Shown one piece after another: positions 1-9,608 of a stretch of DNA of 64,000 bases. The notes beneath the pieces are model-generated. The model had not been told where the DNA came from. It saw only the letters and a list, made by a program, of their open reading frames with translations, and made no database searches. Position numbers and translations under genes: made by a program. Origin of the DNA: Ferrithrix thermotolerans DSM 19514 (GTDB taxonomy: Bacteria; Actinomycetota; Acidimicrobiia; Acidimicrobiales; CAIXPF01). Position 1 is the first letter of the stretch. The number at the start of each line of letters is the position of its first letter. The stretch is taken from the NCBI GenBank assembly GCA_945906305.1, contig CAMDQT010000009.1:1828-65827 (forward strand), read 5' to 3'.

Positions 1-2
1 GG

Positions 3-965
3 TTACGGAACGTCGAGCACGTCGCCGATGGGGCCTTCGTGATGCGGGTGGGTCTCATGCGCCAAGGCGACCGGCTGGCCATGGACCGGCACGGTGCGGC
101 CCAGGAACTCGATCACCGCGTCGGCGAAGATGTCGTTGCGATCACCCGCCACCATGTGCCCCGCCCCAGTCACATTGACGTACTCACTGTGCGGGCACAT
201 CTCCAGAAACGCCTGCGCGCCTTCTTCGCTGAGCACATCGGACAGCCCGCCGCGTACCAGCAGCGTCGGCAGCTTCAGGTTACGGGCGCAGGCCTCCAAG
301 CGGATGCGGCGGGCCTCGAAGTCGCGGTGGCCGGTGCGGAACCTCGGGTCCCAGTGCCAGTGGTAGCGGCCGTCCTCACCGAGGCGGACGTTCTTGGCCA
401 GCCCATCGAGGTTGCGGACCCGGCTGCGATGCGGTTGGTAGTTGGCAATCGCTTGGGCCACCTCATCCAAGGATTCGAAGCCGTCAGGCTTCTGGTTCAT
501 GAACGCTTGGATCTTGGCCGCTCCTTCGGGCTCGATGCGCGGCCCAATGTCCACCAGCACCAAGGCGGTGGCATCAACGCGATCTTCGCCCAGCGCCACC
601 AGGCTGGTGCCACCGCCCATGGACGCCCCGACCAGCACCGGCCGCTTGCCGCCGAGGGCGGCGATGACGCAACGCAGGTCTTCCACCATGGGGTCCTGGC
701 CGTAGAGGCCGTCGGGAGCCCAGGTGGAATCACCGTGTCCGCGGGCGTCAAAGGCCACGGCGTGATAGCCGGCCGCGCCGAGGGACTCACCCGCGCCCTT
801 CCAGGCGTGGCGGGTCTGCCCACCGCCGTGCTGCAGCAGGACCAACGGCCCCTCGGGATCACCCCAGGAGTCACCGGCAATGGTCACCCCTGCGGAGCCG
901 GCCCAATGGTGCATCGGGTCGGGGGTTCCCGCCAGGCGGCGCCCAGCTCCCGTCGGTCCAGTCAT
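3..965 (-). CDS. alpha/beta-fold hydrolase
   Basis: 320-aa ORF with ATG at 965 and TAA at 3-5. Nucleophile elbow GASMGG, HGGGQT oxyanion-loop region, late GAGHM histidine. Confidence 0.85.
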   Translation of the reverse strand: MTGPTGAGRRLAGTPDPMHHWAGSAGVTIAGDSWGDPEGPLVLLQHGGGQTRHAWKGAGESLGAAGYHAVAFDARGHGDSTWAPDGLYGQDPMVEDLRCVIAALGGKRPVLVGASMGGGTSLVALGEDRVDATALVLVDIGPRIEPEGAAKIQAFMNQKPDGFESLDEVAQAIANYQPHRSRVRNLDGLAKNVRLGEDGRYHWHWDPRFRTGHRDFEARRIRLEACARNLKLPTLLVRGGLSDVLSEEGAQAFLEMCPHSEYVNVTGAGHMVAGDRNDIFADAVIEFLGRTVPVHGQPVALAHETHPHHEGPIGDVLDVP

Positions 966-1140
966 GGCCTACTCCATTCGTCCGCGATCGTTGTGCGCAC
1001 CGTACCGCCGGTCGTGGCGGTCGCGCGTCGAATCCACTCCTGCCCCCGTGCCGGCGATCCGACCTGTGCTCGATGCCCATCTCGGGGCGAAGCGACGACT
1101 AGCCGAGCCCGGCCGTAACACCCGGCTATAGAGTGCGCTC

Positions 1141-2301
1141 ATGCAGGCCATGGCAGTTTTCGACGCCGATTCCCATCTCTTCGAACGGCCCGAGCTGTGG
1201 GCCAGCCACATAGACCCCCAGCACCGCGAGCTCGCGCTACGCATCGAGAACGACGAACTCGGACACCCGTGGCTCATGCATCGCAACCGCAAGCTGATGC
1301 TCACGTGGACCTGCGAGCCCAGCAATTTCGAAAGCATCGGCGATCTGATCGGGGACCACCGCGAGGGGCGGCCAGCCCGCTTCGACTATGGCCGGGACCT
1401 TCCCGCGAGCCACTGGGACCCAGCCACCCGCCGCGACTGCCTCGACGGCTGGGGCATTGAGGAATCGGTGTGTTTCCCGCAGTGGGGCATCAACTGGGAG
1501 CTGTGGTTGGGCGAAGATCTCACCTCGCTGCACGCCAACATGGCGGCGTGGAACCGTTGGGCATCCGAGGTCCGCCAGGAGGGTCGAGGCCGCCTGCATC
1601 CCGTCGGTCACGTGTCGCTGCGCGGCGACCTCGACTGGCTCGAGAGCCAACTCGCCTTCCTCGACACCCACGACATCCGCCTGGCCATGATGAGCACCGG
1701 TCTCGTCGACGGTCGCCGCCTGTCCCACCCCGACCTCGACCGGGCCTGGTCGCTGTTTGAGCGGTACGGGGTGACCCCCACCTTCCATGTCGGTGGTCCG
1801 AGCCTCACCGGGCTGGTCGACCCGGCGTGGATAGCCAACGACGACATGGACTACATGCCCATGCTCAGCTACCCACTGCACGGCACCGACGCGCAGCTCG
1901 CCTTGTCCGATCTGGTGCTCAACGGCGTGCTGGCCCGCCATCCGGCCATGCGGGTCGCCGTGGTCGAGTTGCTCTCTCGCTGGTTGGTCGACCTGATGTT
2001 CAAGGTCGACGCGGCGTACAACACCTACCGACGTATCAGCGGCCACCGACTGTTGGAACTGCCCGAACGACCCAGCGACTACCTTCGCCGCCAAGTGCGC
2101 CTCAGCGCCTTCGCGGCCGAGAAGCCCGGCGCCCTCATGGAACAGCTCGGCCCAATCCTGATGTTCGGCGGCGACTTCCCCCACCCCGAGGGCTATGCGT
2201 CTCCGCTGGCCGAGTACCGCGCCAAGACCGGGGAGCAACTCGCCGACGATGTCGCGGCGAAGTTCTACGGCGGCAACCTCGCCGAACTCCTTCATCGCTG
2301 A
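1141..2301 (+). CDS. Amidohydrolase_2 family TIM-barrel metal hydrolase/decarboxylase (ACMSD/COG2159-like)
   Basis: 386-aa ORF. N-terminal metal-ligand motif FDADSH and C-terminal GGDFPHPEG. The antisense 352-aa ORF has no recognisable domain. Confidence 0.8.
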   Translation: MQAMAVFDADSHLFERPELWASHIDPQHRELALRIENDELGHPWLMHRNRKLMLTWTCEPSNFESIGDLIGDHREGRPARFDYGRDLPASHWDPATRRDCLDGWGIEESVCFPQWGINWELWLGEDLTSLHANMAAWNRWASEVRQEGRGRLHPVGHVSLRGDLDWLESQLAFLDTHDIRLAMMSTGLVDGRRLSHPDLDRAWSLFERYGVTPTFHVGGPSLTGLVDPAWIANDDMDYMPMLSYPLHGTDAQLALSDLVLNGVLARHPAMRVAVVELLSRWLVDLMFKVDAAYNTYRRISGHRLLELPERPSDYLRRQVRLSAFAAEKPGALMEQLGPILMFGGDFPHPEGYASPLAEYRAKTGEQLADDVAAKFYGGNLAELLHR

Positions 2302-2341
2302 ACCGCCACCACAGGGCGCGTCGAGCGACTAGAACGCACAC

Positions 2342-3265
2342 ATGCACTTCGGTCTGCACCTTCCCGACGCCGGCCAAATGGCCACCCGCGAGGCGGTACT
2401 GGCATACGCCCGAACCGCCGAGGAGACGGGCTATGCCTCGGTGTGGTCCTCGGACCACATCGCCTGGCCCGACCCGGCAAATCTGGCCTCGAAATACCCC
2501 TACGCCGAGGACAACTCCGGCTTCCCCCCACCCAACTCGCCGTGGTTGGACTGCTTGGCCTCGCTGCAGTTCGTTGCTGCGGTCACCGAGAAGGTGCGAC
2601 TCGGCACCACCGTACTGATCATCGGCTACCGGGGAGCCCTACAGCAGGCCAAGTCGTGGGCCACCCTCGACTACCTCTCCGGAGGCCGGGCCATCCTCGG
2701 CGTCGGGGTGGGCTGGATGAAAGAGGAGTTCGAAGCCATCGGCATGCCCTGGGACCGCCGCGGTGAACGAGCCGACGAGTTCCTGGAGATATTCGAGGAA
2801 CTCTTCACCCAAGAGTCCGTGACCTTCGAAGGGCCCTTCACCTCATTCGGTCCAGTCGGGTTTTCGCCCAAGCCGACCAACGGCACCATCCCGGTCTGGG
2901 TCGGTGGCCACACCCCCGCCGCCTACCGCCGTACCGCAAAGTATGGCGCGGCCTTCCATTCGGCGTTCAGTTCACCCGAGCGGCTCAGCGCAGAGTGGGA
3001 CGGGGTACGGCGGGCCTGCGAGGACATCGGCCGCGATCCCGCGTCGGTGGAACTGACCATGCTCTGCAACCTCGTCTTCGACCACAGCAGCGACAAACCG
3101 GGCGTGCTGAGCGGATCCACCGAACGCATCGTCGATCAACTTGGCGCCTATGGCGATCTCGGCGTCGCCCACACCGTCGTGTTCTGCGCCGCGCGAGGCG
3201 GCCTCGAGGGCCGTCTCGACGCAATCCGCCGCTTCGCCGAGGACGTCATGCCGCAGGTGCGCTGA
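2342..3265 (+). CDS. LLM-class (luciferase-like) F420-dependent oxidoreductase
   Basis: 307-aa ORF. MHFGLHLP start, SVWSSDH, LDYLSGGRAILGVGVGW core typical of the bacterial luciferase-like family. Confidence 0.85.
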   Translation: MHFGLHLPDAGQMATREAVLAYARTAEETGYASVWSSDHIAWPDPANLASKYPYAEDNSGFPPPNSPWLDCLASLQFVAAVTEKVRLGTTVLIIGYRGALQQAKSWATLDYLSGGRAILGVGVGWMKEEFEAIGMPWDRRGERADEFLEIFEELFTQESVTFEGPFTSFGPVGFSPKPTNGTIPVWVGGHTPAAYRRTAKYGAAFHSAFSSPERLSAEWDGVRRACEDIGRDPASVELTMLCNLVFDHSSDKPGVLSGSTERIVDQLGAYGDLGVAHTVVFCAARGGLEGRLDAIRRFAEDVMPQVR

Positions 3266-3319
3266 ACGAAGCCCGCCGGCCCACATTCGGTCGGCGGACC
3301 CTCGCCCCCCGCTGGGCGT

Positions 3320-4333
3320 TCAGGCCAAGGTGGTGATGCGGTACGTGCGGGCGGCGGTGTCGTGGAACAGGTCACGCTTCTCCGCCGCCGAGTAGCCCTC
3401 GGCGATCCGCTTGAAGGTGTTCCACAGCACCAAGTAGCTGCAGCCGCGCTTGTCCATGGGGAAGTTCGACTCGAACAGGCAGCGGTCCGGACCAAAGGCA
3501 TCGATGCAGTGGCGAATCTCGTCCCGCCACGGCGCCGCCAACTCCGCCGAAGTGGGTGGCAACTCGCCCTTGTCCCAGCGCATACCGAACATCGCCATCC
3601 CGATCCCACCAAGCTTGAGCCGCACGTTCGGGCACGACGCCAACTGCGTCATGTCTCGTCGCCAGTCCACCAGGACCTCGTCGCGGCGGTTGAGGTACGG
3701 ACCCACACCGAGTGGGGCGCAAAGGTGATCGGCCACGATGACGGTGTCCGGACAGGCCCGGGCCATGGCGGTCAACTCGGCTAGCTGTGGGTGATACACC
3801 ATCGTGTCCAAGGTGTAGCCAAGCCGACCTACGGCACGGACCCCGGCCCGCAACGTCTCATCGGCAAGGATCCCTTCCGGCACGCGCATGGCCAGCTTGG
3901 GGTCCGCGTCCCACGCCACGATGTAGCGGATGCCACGGAACAGCCCAGCACCGACCGCTTCATGGGCGTTGAGGACCTCCTCGACGGAGTCGCCCAACAT
4001 CACATCGGCGTGGCCCATGATGGCGGCGATCTCCGTGCCTCCGGCCCGACGGGCCTCCGCCGCGCAGGCGGCGACGAACGCCGTCTCACCGACGGGCCGC
4101 AGGTGTTGGGGGCCATCGGTGTAGTACTCGGCGTTGCACTCGAGAAACACCGAACGGACCACGTTGTGACCCGACGCGGTGTCGGCATGGAACGAACTCA
4201 CCGGATAGGGGAAACCGGAGTGGCCGTTGTCGAGCCACAGGTGATGGTGGGCGTCGCAGATGGCAAGGTCGGGCTCGATCACCGGCTCGGTGACCAGCGC
4301 CAACCACTCGGAACGATCCGAACGGGCTTGCAT
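3320..4333 (-). CDS. Amidohydrolase_2 family protein, lactonase-like subtype (COG3618-like)
   Basis: 337-aa ORF. DAHHHLW metal motif near the N-terminus. SD-like GAGGGAG upstream of ATG 4333. Starts 16 nt downstream of the ThDP enzyme gene. Confidence 0.8.
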   Translation of the reverse strand: MQARSDRSEWLALVTEPVIEPDLAICDAHHHLWLDNGHSGFPYPVSSFHADTASGHNVVRSVFLECNAEYYTDGPQHLRPVGETAFVAACAAEARRAGGTEIAAIMGHADVMLGDSVEEVLNAHEAVGAGLFRGIRYIVAWDADPKLAMRVPEGILADETLRAGVRAVGRLGYTLDTMVYHPQLAELTAMARACPDTVIVADHLCAPLGVGPYLNRRDEVLVDWRRDMTQLASCPNVRLKLGGIGMAMFGMRWDKGELPPTSAELAAPWRDEIRHCIDAFGPDRCLFESNFPMDKRGCSYLVLWNTFKRIAEGYSAAEKRDLFHDTAARTYRITTLA

Positions 4334-4349
4334 GGGAGATCTCCCTCAA

Positions 4350-5984
4350 TCAGTGGGGGGCCGGGGCGGCGGTTTCAGAGATCATCTGCGGATCGAGCTT
4401 CACGTCGATCACTACGACGCCCTTGCGACCGGCGATAGCCGCCGCGACGGCGTCGATCTCGCCGAGGTTGCGAACCGTGACGCCGGTGGCGCCCATCGAT
4501 TCGGCCACCGCGGCAAAGGACGGCCAGCGATGCAGCGACAGGGCCGGATCCATGTTCTTGTTGTGGAACTGGATGTGCTCCGCGCCGTAGCTGCCGTCGT
4601 TGTAGATGACGATGATGATGTCGAGGCCCGACTGGATGGCCGTATTGAGCTCGACCAGGCCACCCATCATGAACCCGCCATCGCCAGCAAGCAGCACCGT
4701 GGGCTGGTCGGGCCGACCGGTGGCCGCCCCGATGGCGTTGCCCAAACCCAGCCCGATGGACCCGAACGAGGTCGTGGTCACGAAAGACATGGGCTCGCTG
4801 GCCCGGATCCGCAAGGCGTTGAGCATGTAGCGGCCACCGTCGAAGACCACGTTGCGATCTGCGGGCAGGATGTCTTGCAGCCGGAGGGTGAACGTGCGGG
4901 GGTCCACCGTGGTGTCGGTGCTGCGGTCCACGAACTCCGTCGCGGGGTCGTAGTCACGCAGCCGGGCTTCGAGCTCTGGTGAACGGAAACCCGAAGGCTT
5001 GTGTTCGGCCTCGTCGAGCCAGGCCACGATGGTATCTGCGATGCGCCCGGCGTCGCCCACGACGCCAGCGTCAACCCGGGTAAGCAGGCCGATCCGGCCG
5101 GGATCGATATCGCACTGCACGACCCGCTTACCGGCCAGCAGGGTATCGCTGTAGCTGGTCATGTAGTTGAGGCCAGCACCGAAGGCGATGACACAATCGG
5201 CGCTGGCAATGGCCTCCGACGCCACCGGCGTGGACAAGGTGCCGAAGATGCCGAGATCGAAGGGCTCTCCTCGGAAGTAGCCGTTGCCCATGAGTGTGGT
5301 GGCCACCGGCGCGCCGAGGCGCTCGGCGAGACGCAGCAACGACTCGCGGGCGCCGGAAAGGACCGAGCCGCGCCCGGCAAGCACGATGGGCCGGGTGGCC
5401 GACGCAATGATGCCAACCGCCACATCGAGCGCCGCGGGATCCGGGCTGACCGATAGCGCCGGCGCCGCGGCGCGGGCTCGGGTCTCGACCTCGACCTCGA
5501 CGAACTCGATCTCATAAGGCACGTTGAGCAGGATCGGCCGACGCTCGGCGTGGACGCGTCTGACCGCCTCCGCGACATCGGCGGCGATGGTGTGCTGGTT
5601 GCGGATCGGCTCGAAACCCGCACCGCACGCCAGCGCCAGTTGACGCTGGTCGATCTTCTGCAAGTGCTGGCGATCAGCGACAACCGTGTCGCCGCACACG
5701 AGGAGCAGCGCAGTGTTGGAACGTACGGCCTCCACCAGCGCCGTGAGCGTATTGGTGAGTCCTGGGCCATGCGTCACCGTGGCCACACCCATCTTGCCCG
5801 TCACCCGGGCATAGCCGGTGGCCATCTGCACGGCGGAGGACTCGTGCGCGGCGGCGAGATAGCGCAACGCATGGTTGTTGACCATCGAGTCCACGATGAA
5901 CACGTTGCCGTCACCGACAACACCGAAAGCGGTGTCGACTCCTTGGTCGGCCAACGCTTTGGCGATCGCCTCATGTCCCTTCAT
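4350..5984 (-). CDS. Thiamine-diphosphate-dependent enzyme (acetolactate synthase / 2-hydroxyacyl-CoA lyase superfamily)
   Basis: 544-aa ORF. N-terminal pyrimidine-binding domain (GVDTAFGVVGDGN) and C-terminal ThDP motif GDGGFMMGGLVELNTA...YNDGSYG. Confidence 0.85.
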   Translation of the reverse strand: MKGHEAIAKALADQGVDTAFGVVGDGNVFIVDSMVNNHALRYLAAAHESSAVQMATGYARVTGKMGVATVTHGPGLTNTLTALVEAVRSNTALLLVCGDTVVADRQHLQKIDQRQLALACGAGFEPIRNQHTIAADVAEAVRRVHAERRPILLNVPYEIEFVEVEVETRARAAAPALSVSPDPAALDVAVGIIASATRPIVLAGRGSVLSGARESLLRLAERLGAPVATTLMGNGYFRGEPFDLGIFGTLSTPVASEAIASADCVIAFGAGLNYMTSYSDTLLAGKRVVQCDIDPGRIGLLTRVDAGVVGDAGRIADTIVAWLDEAEHKPSGFRSPELEARLRDYDPATEFVDRSTDTTVDPRTFTLRLQDILPADRNVVFDGGRYMLNALRIRASEPMSFVTTTSFGSIGLGLGNAIGAATGRPDQPTVLLAGDGGFMMGGLVELNTAIQSGLDIIIVIYNDGSYGAEHIQFHNKNMDPALSLHRWPSFAAVAESMGATGVTVRNLGEIDAVAAAIAGRKGVVVIDVKLDPQMISETAAPAPH

Positions 5985-6147
5985 CGCGCTACCCCCGGTG
6001 CACTCAGTTCAGTCGGTCCGCGGCACCCTACACCTTGGCGGGTTCGCCGAGATCGGGCGCACGGGTGGAGAGAATCGAGCAGGCAGGCGACGTTTGCACC
6101 ACACTGTGCCCATGCAAATTTTCGGGGATGCGAACGAGGGCTCGGTC

Positions 6148-7416
6148 ATGAACGCCGAGACCGAGAAGGCCGCGGTCCAGCGCAACACCGTCATCACCTT
6201 GCTCTTCAGCCAGGCGTCGGGCGGGGTCGGTCTGGTGGCGACCTATATCGTCACCGCTCTTTTGGCCAAGGACATCACCGGCTCCAAAGTGCTCGCCACC
6301 TGTGCGGCGTCATGTCTGTCGATCGGCGCGGCGGCGTCGTCCTTTCCGCTGGCCCGGATCATGAACACCAAGGGGCGGCGGGCCGGCCTACGTTTCGGCT
6401 ATCTGCTCGGCACCGCCGGCGCCGCCGTCGCCACCCTCGCCGCCATCACCCGCTCCTTCCCGCTGTTGTGCCTGGGGGTGCTCGGCGCCGGCGTCGGCAA
6501 CGCCGCCAACCTGGCCACCCGCTATGCGGCGTCGGACCTTGCGCCCGAACACAGCCGGGCTCGCACCATCAGCATGATCGTGTGGTCCACCACCATCGGC
6601 TCCACCCTGGGCTCGGTCATCTCTGGCAGCGCGAGCGACGTCGGAGAGTCCATCGGGCTACCGGTCAAGGCCGGCTCCTACCTGCTTTCCGCCATCATGT
6701 TCCTCGTTGCCGCCGCCATCGTGGAAACCCGGCTACGACCTGACCCTCTGCTCTTCGCCCGCTCGCTGGGCCAATTGAACGACGCCGCCAAGCCGAAGGC
6801 CAACGCCAAGGATTCGTTGCGGCTCATCGTGGGCAACCCGGCCGCCCGCCTAGCCGTGGGCGCCATGATCGTCAGCCAGGTGACCATGGTCGGGGTCATG
6901 TCCCTCACCCCGTTGCACATGTCCGAAGGCCACCAGACCCAGAGCGTGATCGGCTGGATGATGGCCTTCCACATTTGGGGTATGTACCTACTCTCCCCGC
7001 TCATCGGTACGCTCACCGACCGGCTGGGTCAGTATCCGATGCTGTACATCGCCGGCGCACTGTGCACCGCGGGGGCGGGGTGGGCGGCGCTCACCCCGAA
7101 CACGGGAACGATCGGCGTGTTCATGGGCAATTTCCTGATCGGCCTGGGCTGGTGCTTCGGCGTCGTCGCGGGGTCCAGCCTGCTCGTCGGAACGTTCCCC
7201 ATCGAGCAACGCGTCGGGGTGCAAGGCGTCGGCGACTTGGCCATGATCGGCGCGGGAGCTTTCGCCGGCCTCTCCTCGGGCCTGCTGTACACCTTCCTCG
7301 GCTACGGCGGGGTCAACGCGGGCAACGCCGCCTTCGGTGCCTTGCTCATCCTGGGTACCGTCGCCACCTACCTCATCGTGCGCCGGGCCCGTCGCGATGT
7401 GCCGATGGCGGCCTAG
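6148..7416 (+). CDS. MFS transporter
   Basis: Multi-TM hydrophobic ORF. I prefer ATG 6148 (GAGGG 9 nt upstream). ATG 6112 is an alternative. The track ORF start at 5875 overlaps the ThDP gene. Confidence 0.8.
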   Translation: MNAETEKAAVQRNTVITLLFSQASGGVGLVATYIVTALLAKDITGSKVLATCAASCLSIGAAASSFPLARIMNTKGRRAGLRFGYLLGTAGAAVATLAAITRSFPLLCLGVLGAGVGNAANLATRYAASDLAPEHSRARTISMIVWSTTIGSTLGSVISGSASDVGESIGLPVKAGSYLLSAIMFLVAAAIVETRLRPDPLLFARSLGQLNDAAKPKANAKDSLRLIVGNPAARLAVGAMIVSQVTMVGVMSLTPLHMSEGHQTQSVIGWMMAFHIWGMYLLSPLIGTLTDRLGQYPMLYIAGALCTAGAGWAALTPNTGTIGVFMGNFLIGLGWCFGVVAGSSLLVGTFPIEQRVGVQGVGDLAMIGAGAFAGLSSGLLYTFLGYGGVNAGNAAFGALLILGTVATYLIVRRARRDVPMAA

Positions 7417-7431
7417 CCCGGCGACGGCGGT

Positions 7432-8652
7432 TCAGCTATCGGCTTCGCGGCGCAACACACCCCGGCGCACCAGCGCGTCGTAGCGGTCGGCGTCCCAGCC
7501 AAGCAGACCGCGCACGATCTCCTCGTTGTGCGCGCCGAGCCCGGCCGCGTGCAGGTCGAGTTCCTCGGGAAAGTCCGAAAACCGAATCGGCATACCGGGA
7601 ATGTCGAAAGATCCAAGCCGCTCGTCGTGCACGGTACGCACGGTGCGGCTCTCGCGGAGATGAGGGTGGCTCAACGCCTCGGTGACGTCGAGCACCGGCG
7701 CGACTGGCACCCGCTGCGCGCTCAGCGCGGCCACCGCAGCATCGCGGCTGGGCTGGGTGGCCAGCCAGTCAGTGATGAGGGCATTGAATTCGTCGCGGTT
7801 GGCACTGCGACCCTCGGCAGTGCAAAACCGGACATCGTCGATGAGGTCGGCCCGCTGCATGGCCCGGCAGAACTGGGCCCACTGGCGGTCGTTGACCACC
7901 GCCATCGCCACATAGCCGTCACCGGCCGGAAAGGCACCGCAACCGCCAACGAGCGGATGCAAGGACCCGTGGCGAGCAGGCACGAACTGCCCCGCCGACA
8001 ACGACGCCGCCTCGTAGTTCAGTTCGTGGCAGGTGGCATAGCACCCGATGAGGGAAACCTCGACCTTCTGACCCTTCCCGGTCCGCTCCCGATGGAACAG
8101 CGCCGCACTGACGCCCGCCATACCGTGCACCCCGGTCAGCACGTCACCGGGCGAAAAGCCGGTCATAGCAGGGGCCTGGTCCCGCTCACCGACCATGTGC
8201 ATGATGCCGGTGTAGGCCTGAGCGATGTTGTCATAGCCCGGTTGATCCGCCAACGGCCCGGTCTGGCCGAATGCCGAGATGGAGCACATCACCAACCGAG
8301 GGTTGATCTCGGAGACCACCGGCCAGCCCAAACCGAGCCGGTCCACCGCACCAGGGCTGAAGTTCTCGACCAGCACGTCTACCTCGGCCACCAGCTCGTG
8401 CAGCAGCACGAGTCCATCGGGGTGCTTGGCATCGATGAACAGCGACTTTTTGCCCCGGTTCTGCTGCACGAAGTACCCGGAGCGATTGTTGACCCGCCAC
8501 GGGAGATAGCGCGAAATATCACCGGAAGGATGTAATTCGACCTTGATGACCTCCGCGCCCATCTCGGCCATCAAGCGGGTGAGCGTCGGCCCGGAGAGCA
8601 CGTTGGTCAGATCGAGCACACGAATGCCGTCGAAGATGCCTGCCATCGCCAC
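7432..8652 (-). CDS. Family III CoA-transferase (CaiB/BaiF family)
   Basis: 406 aa. GIRVLDLTNVLSGPTLTRLMAEMGAEVIKVE, QQNRGKKS, SAFGQTGP, catalytic-Asp segment SPGDVLTG. Confidence 0.9.
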   Translation of the reverse strand: MAMAGIFDGIRVLDLTNVLSGPTLTRLMAEMGAEVIKVELHPSGDISRYLPWRVNNRSGYFVQQNRGKKSLFIDAKHPDGLVLLHELVAEVDVLVENFSPGAVDRLGLGWPVVSEINPRLVMCSISAFGQTGPLADQPGYDNIAQAYTGIMHMVGERDQAPAMTGFSPGDVLTGVHGMAGVSAALFHRERTGKGQKVEVSLIGCYATCHELNYEAASLSAGQFVPARHGSLHPLVGGCGAFPAGDGYVAMAVVNDRQWAQFCRAMQRADLIDDVRFCTAEGRSANRDEFNALITDWLATQPSRDAAVAALSAQRVPVAPVLDVTEALSHPHLRESRTVRTVHDERLGSFDIPGMPIRFSDFPEELDLHAAGLGAHNEEIVRGLLGWDADRYDALVRRGVLRREADS

Positions 8653-8717
8653 GATCCCCCGTTGATAGTGATGTCAGCGATGGACCGTAGCGTCTCAAAG
8701 TCGCACGCTGCGGCCGC

Positions 8718-9563
8718 TCAGACCTCGATGAGCACCGCCATCGCCGTACCGACCGCACACTGGCGGCCATCGCGGCCAAGGTCGATGAGCTCGACCGTTG
8801 ACAGCACCGACGTCGCCTCGACCCGCACCGGGCCCGCGACCACCCGGAACGGTCCGGTCGTGGCCGGCGACAGGTAGGAGAAATGCATGTCGACCGTGCG
8901 CGCCGGGCCGCCGAGCAACCGTTCCGCCGCCAGGTTGGCGACCCGTTCGAGCATCGCGGCCATCGCGCCACCTTGGATGGAGCCGAAGCTGTTGTAGATG
9001 CGCTCGTGGTGGTCGAGTTCGAAGGCCGGCTCATGAGGGTCGAAACGCAGCCCGTAGTACTCGTCGGGCGCCAGCCTCGGTTCCTCGTCGGCCTTGGTGT
9101 AGTCGACCATGCTCCGCGGCGGGAGCGGGCCGGGCGGGGCCGCGCTGCGCCGAGGCAGCCGGCTGAAGGTCACATGGGCCAACGCAACGGTGTTGCCGGC
9201 ATCGTCCACCAGCCGATTCTCCGATAACACGGTGTTGGTGCCGATGCGCAACGGTCGGGCCAGCCCATGCACCCGGCCCGACCGAACCGGGGTAGCCAAG
9301 TGCAGGGTGAAGTCGAGGGTCGCGGTCCAGTCTGGATGGGCGGAACGTGCCCCCAACACCCCGGCCAGCAGGTCGACAAGCGGGGCCAACGCGCCCATCC
9401 GCATGCAACCACCGGCGTCGAGGTTGTCGGGCAGGATCGGCATCGAGCCGGCCACCGTGCCGTCCTCAGCGATGTCGTGGGTGACCCTGCTGTAGCAGAG
9501 GATCGAGTTGGTGTGCGGATAACGGCCGCGGGGTTTGACGGATTCGCTCGCCATGGGCGGCAC
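8718..9563 (-). CDS. Double hotdog-fold thioesterase (PaaI-like)
   Basis: 281 aa with two hotdog-like halves (LAPLVDLLAG...; SIQGGAMAAMLE...). Start is GTG 9563 or ATG 9554. Same strand, between the LLM and CoA-transferase genes. Confidence 0.7.
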   Translation of the reverse strand: MPPMASESVKPRGRYPHTNSILCYSRVTHDIAEDGTVAGSMPILPDNLDAGGCMRMGALAPLVDLLAGVLGARSAHPDWTATLDFTLHLATPVRSGRVHGLARPLRIGTNTVLSENRLVDDAGNTVALAHVTFSRLPRRSAAPPGPLPPRSMVDYTKADEEPRLAPDEYYGLRFDPHEPAFELDHHERIYNSFGSIQGGAMAAMLERVANLAAERLLGGPARTVDMHFSYLSPATTGPFRVVAGPVRVEATSVLSTVELIDLGRDGRQCAVGTAMAVLIEV

Positions 9564-9608
9564 CGTACCTGCTCGAGGGTGGGGCGGGGCCAGCCCGGGG
9601 CTTGGCGC

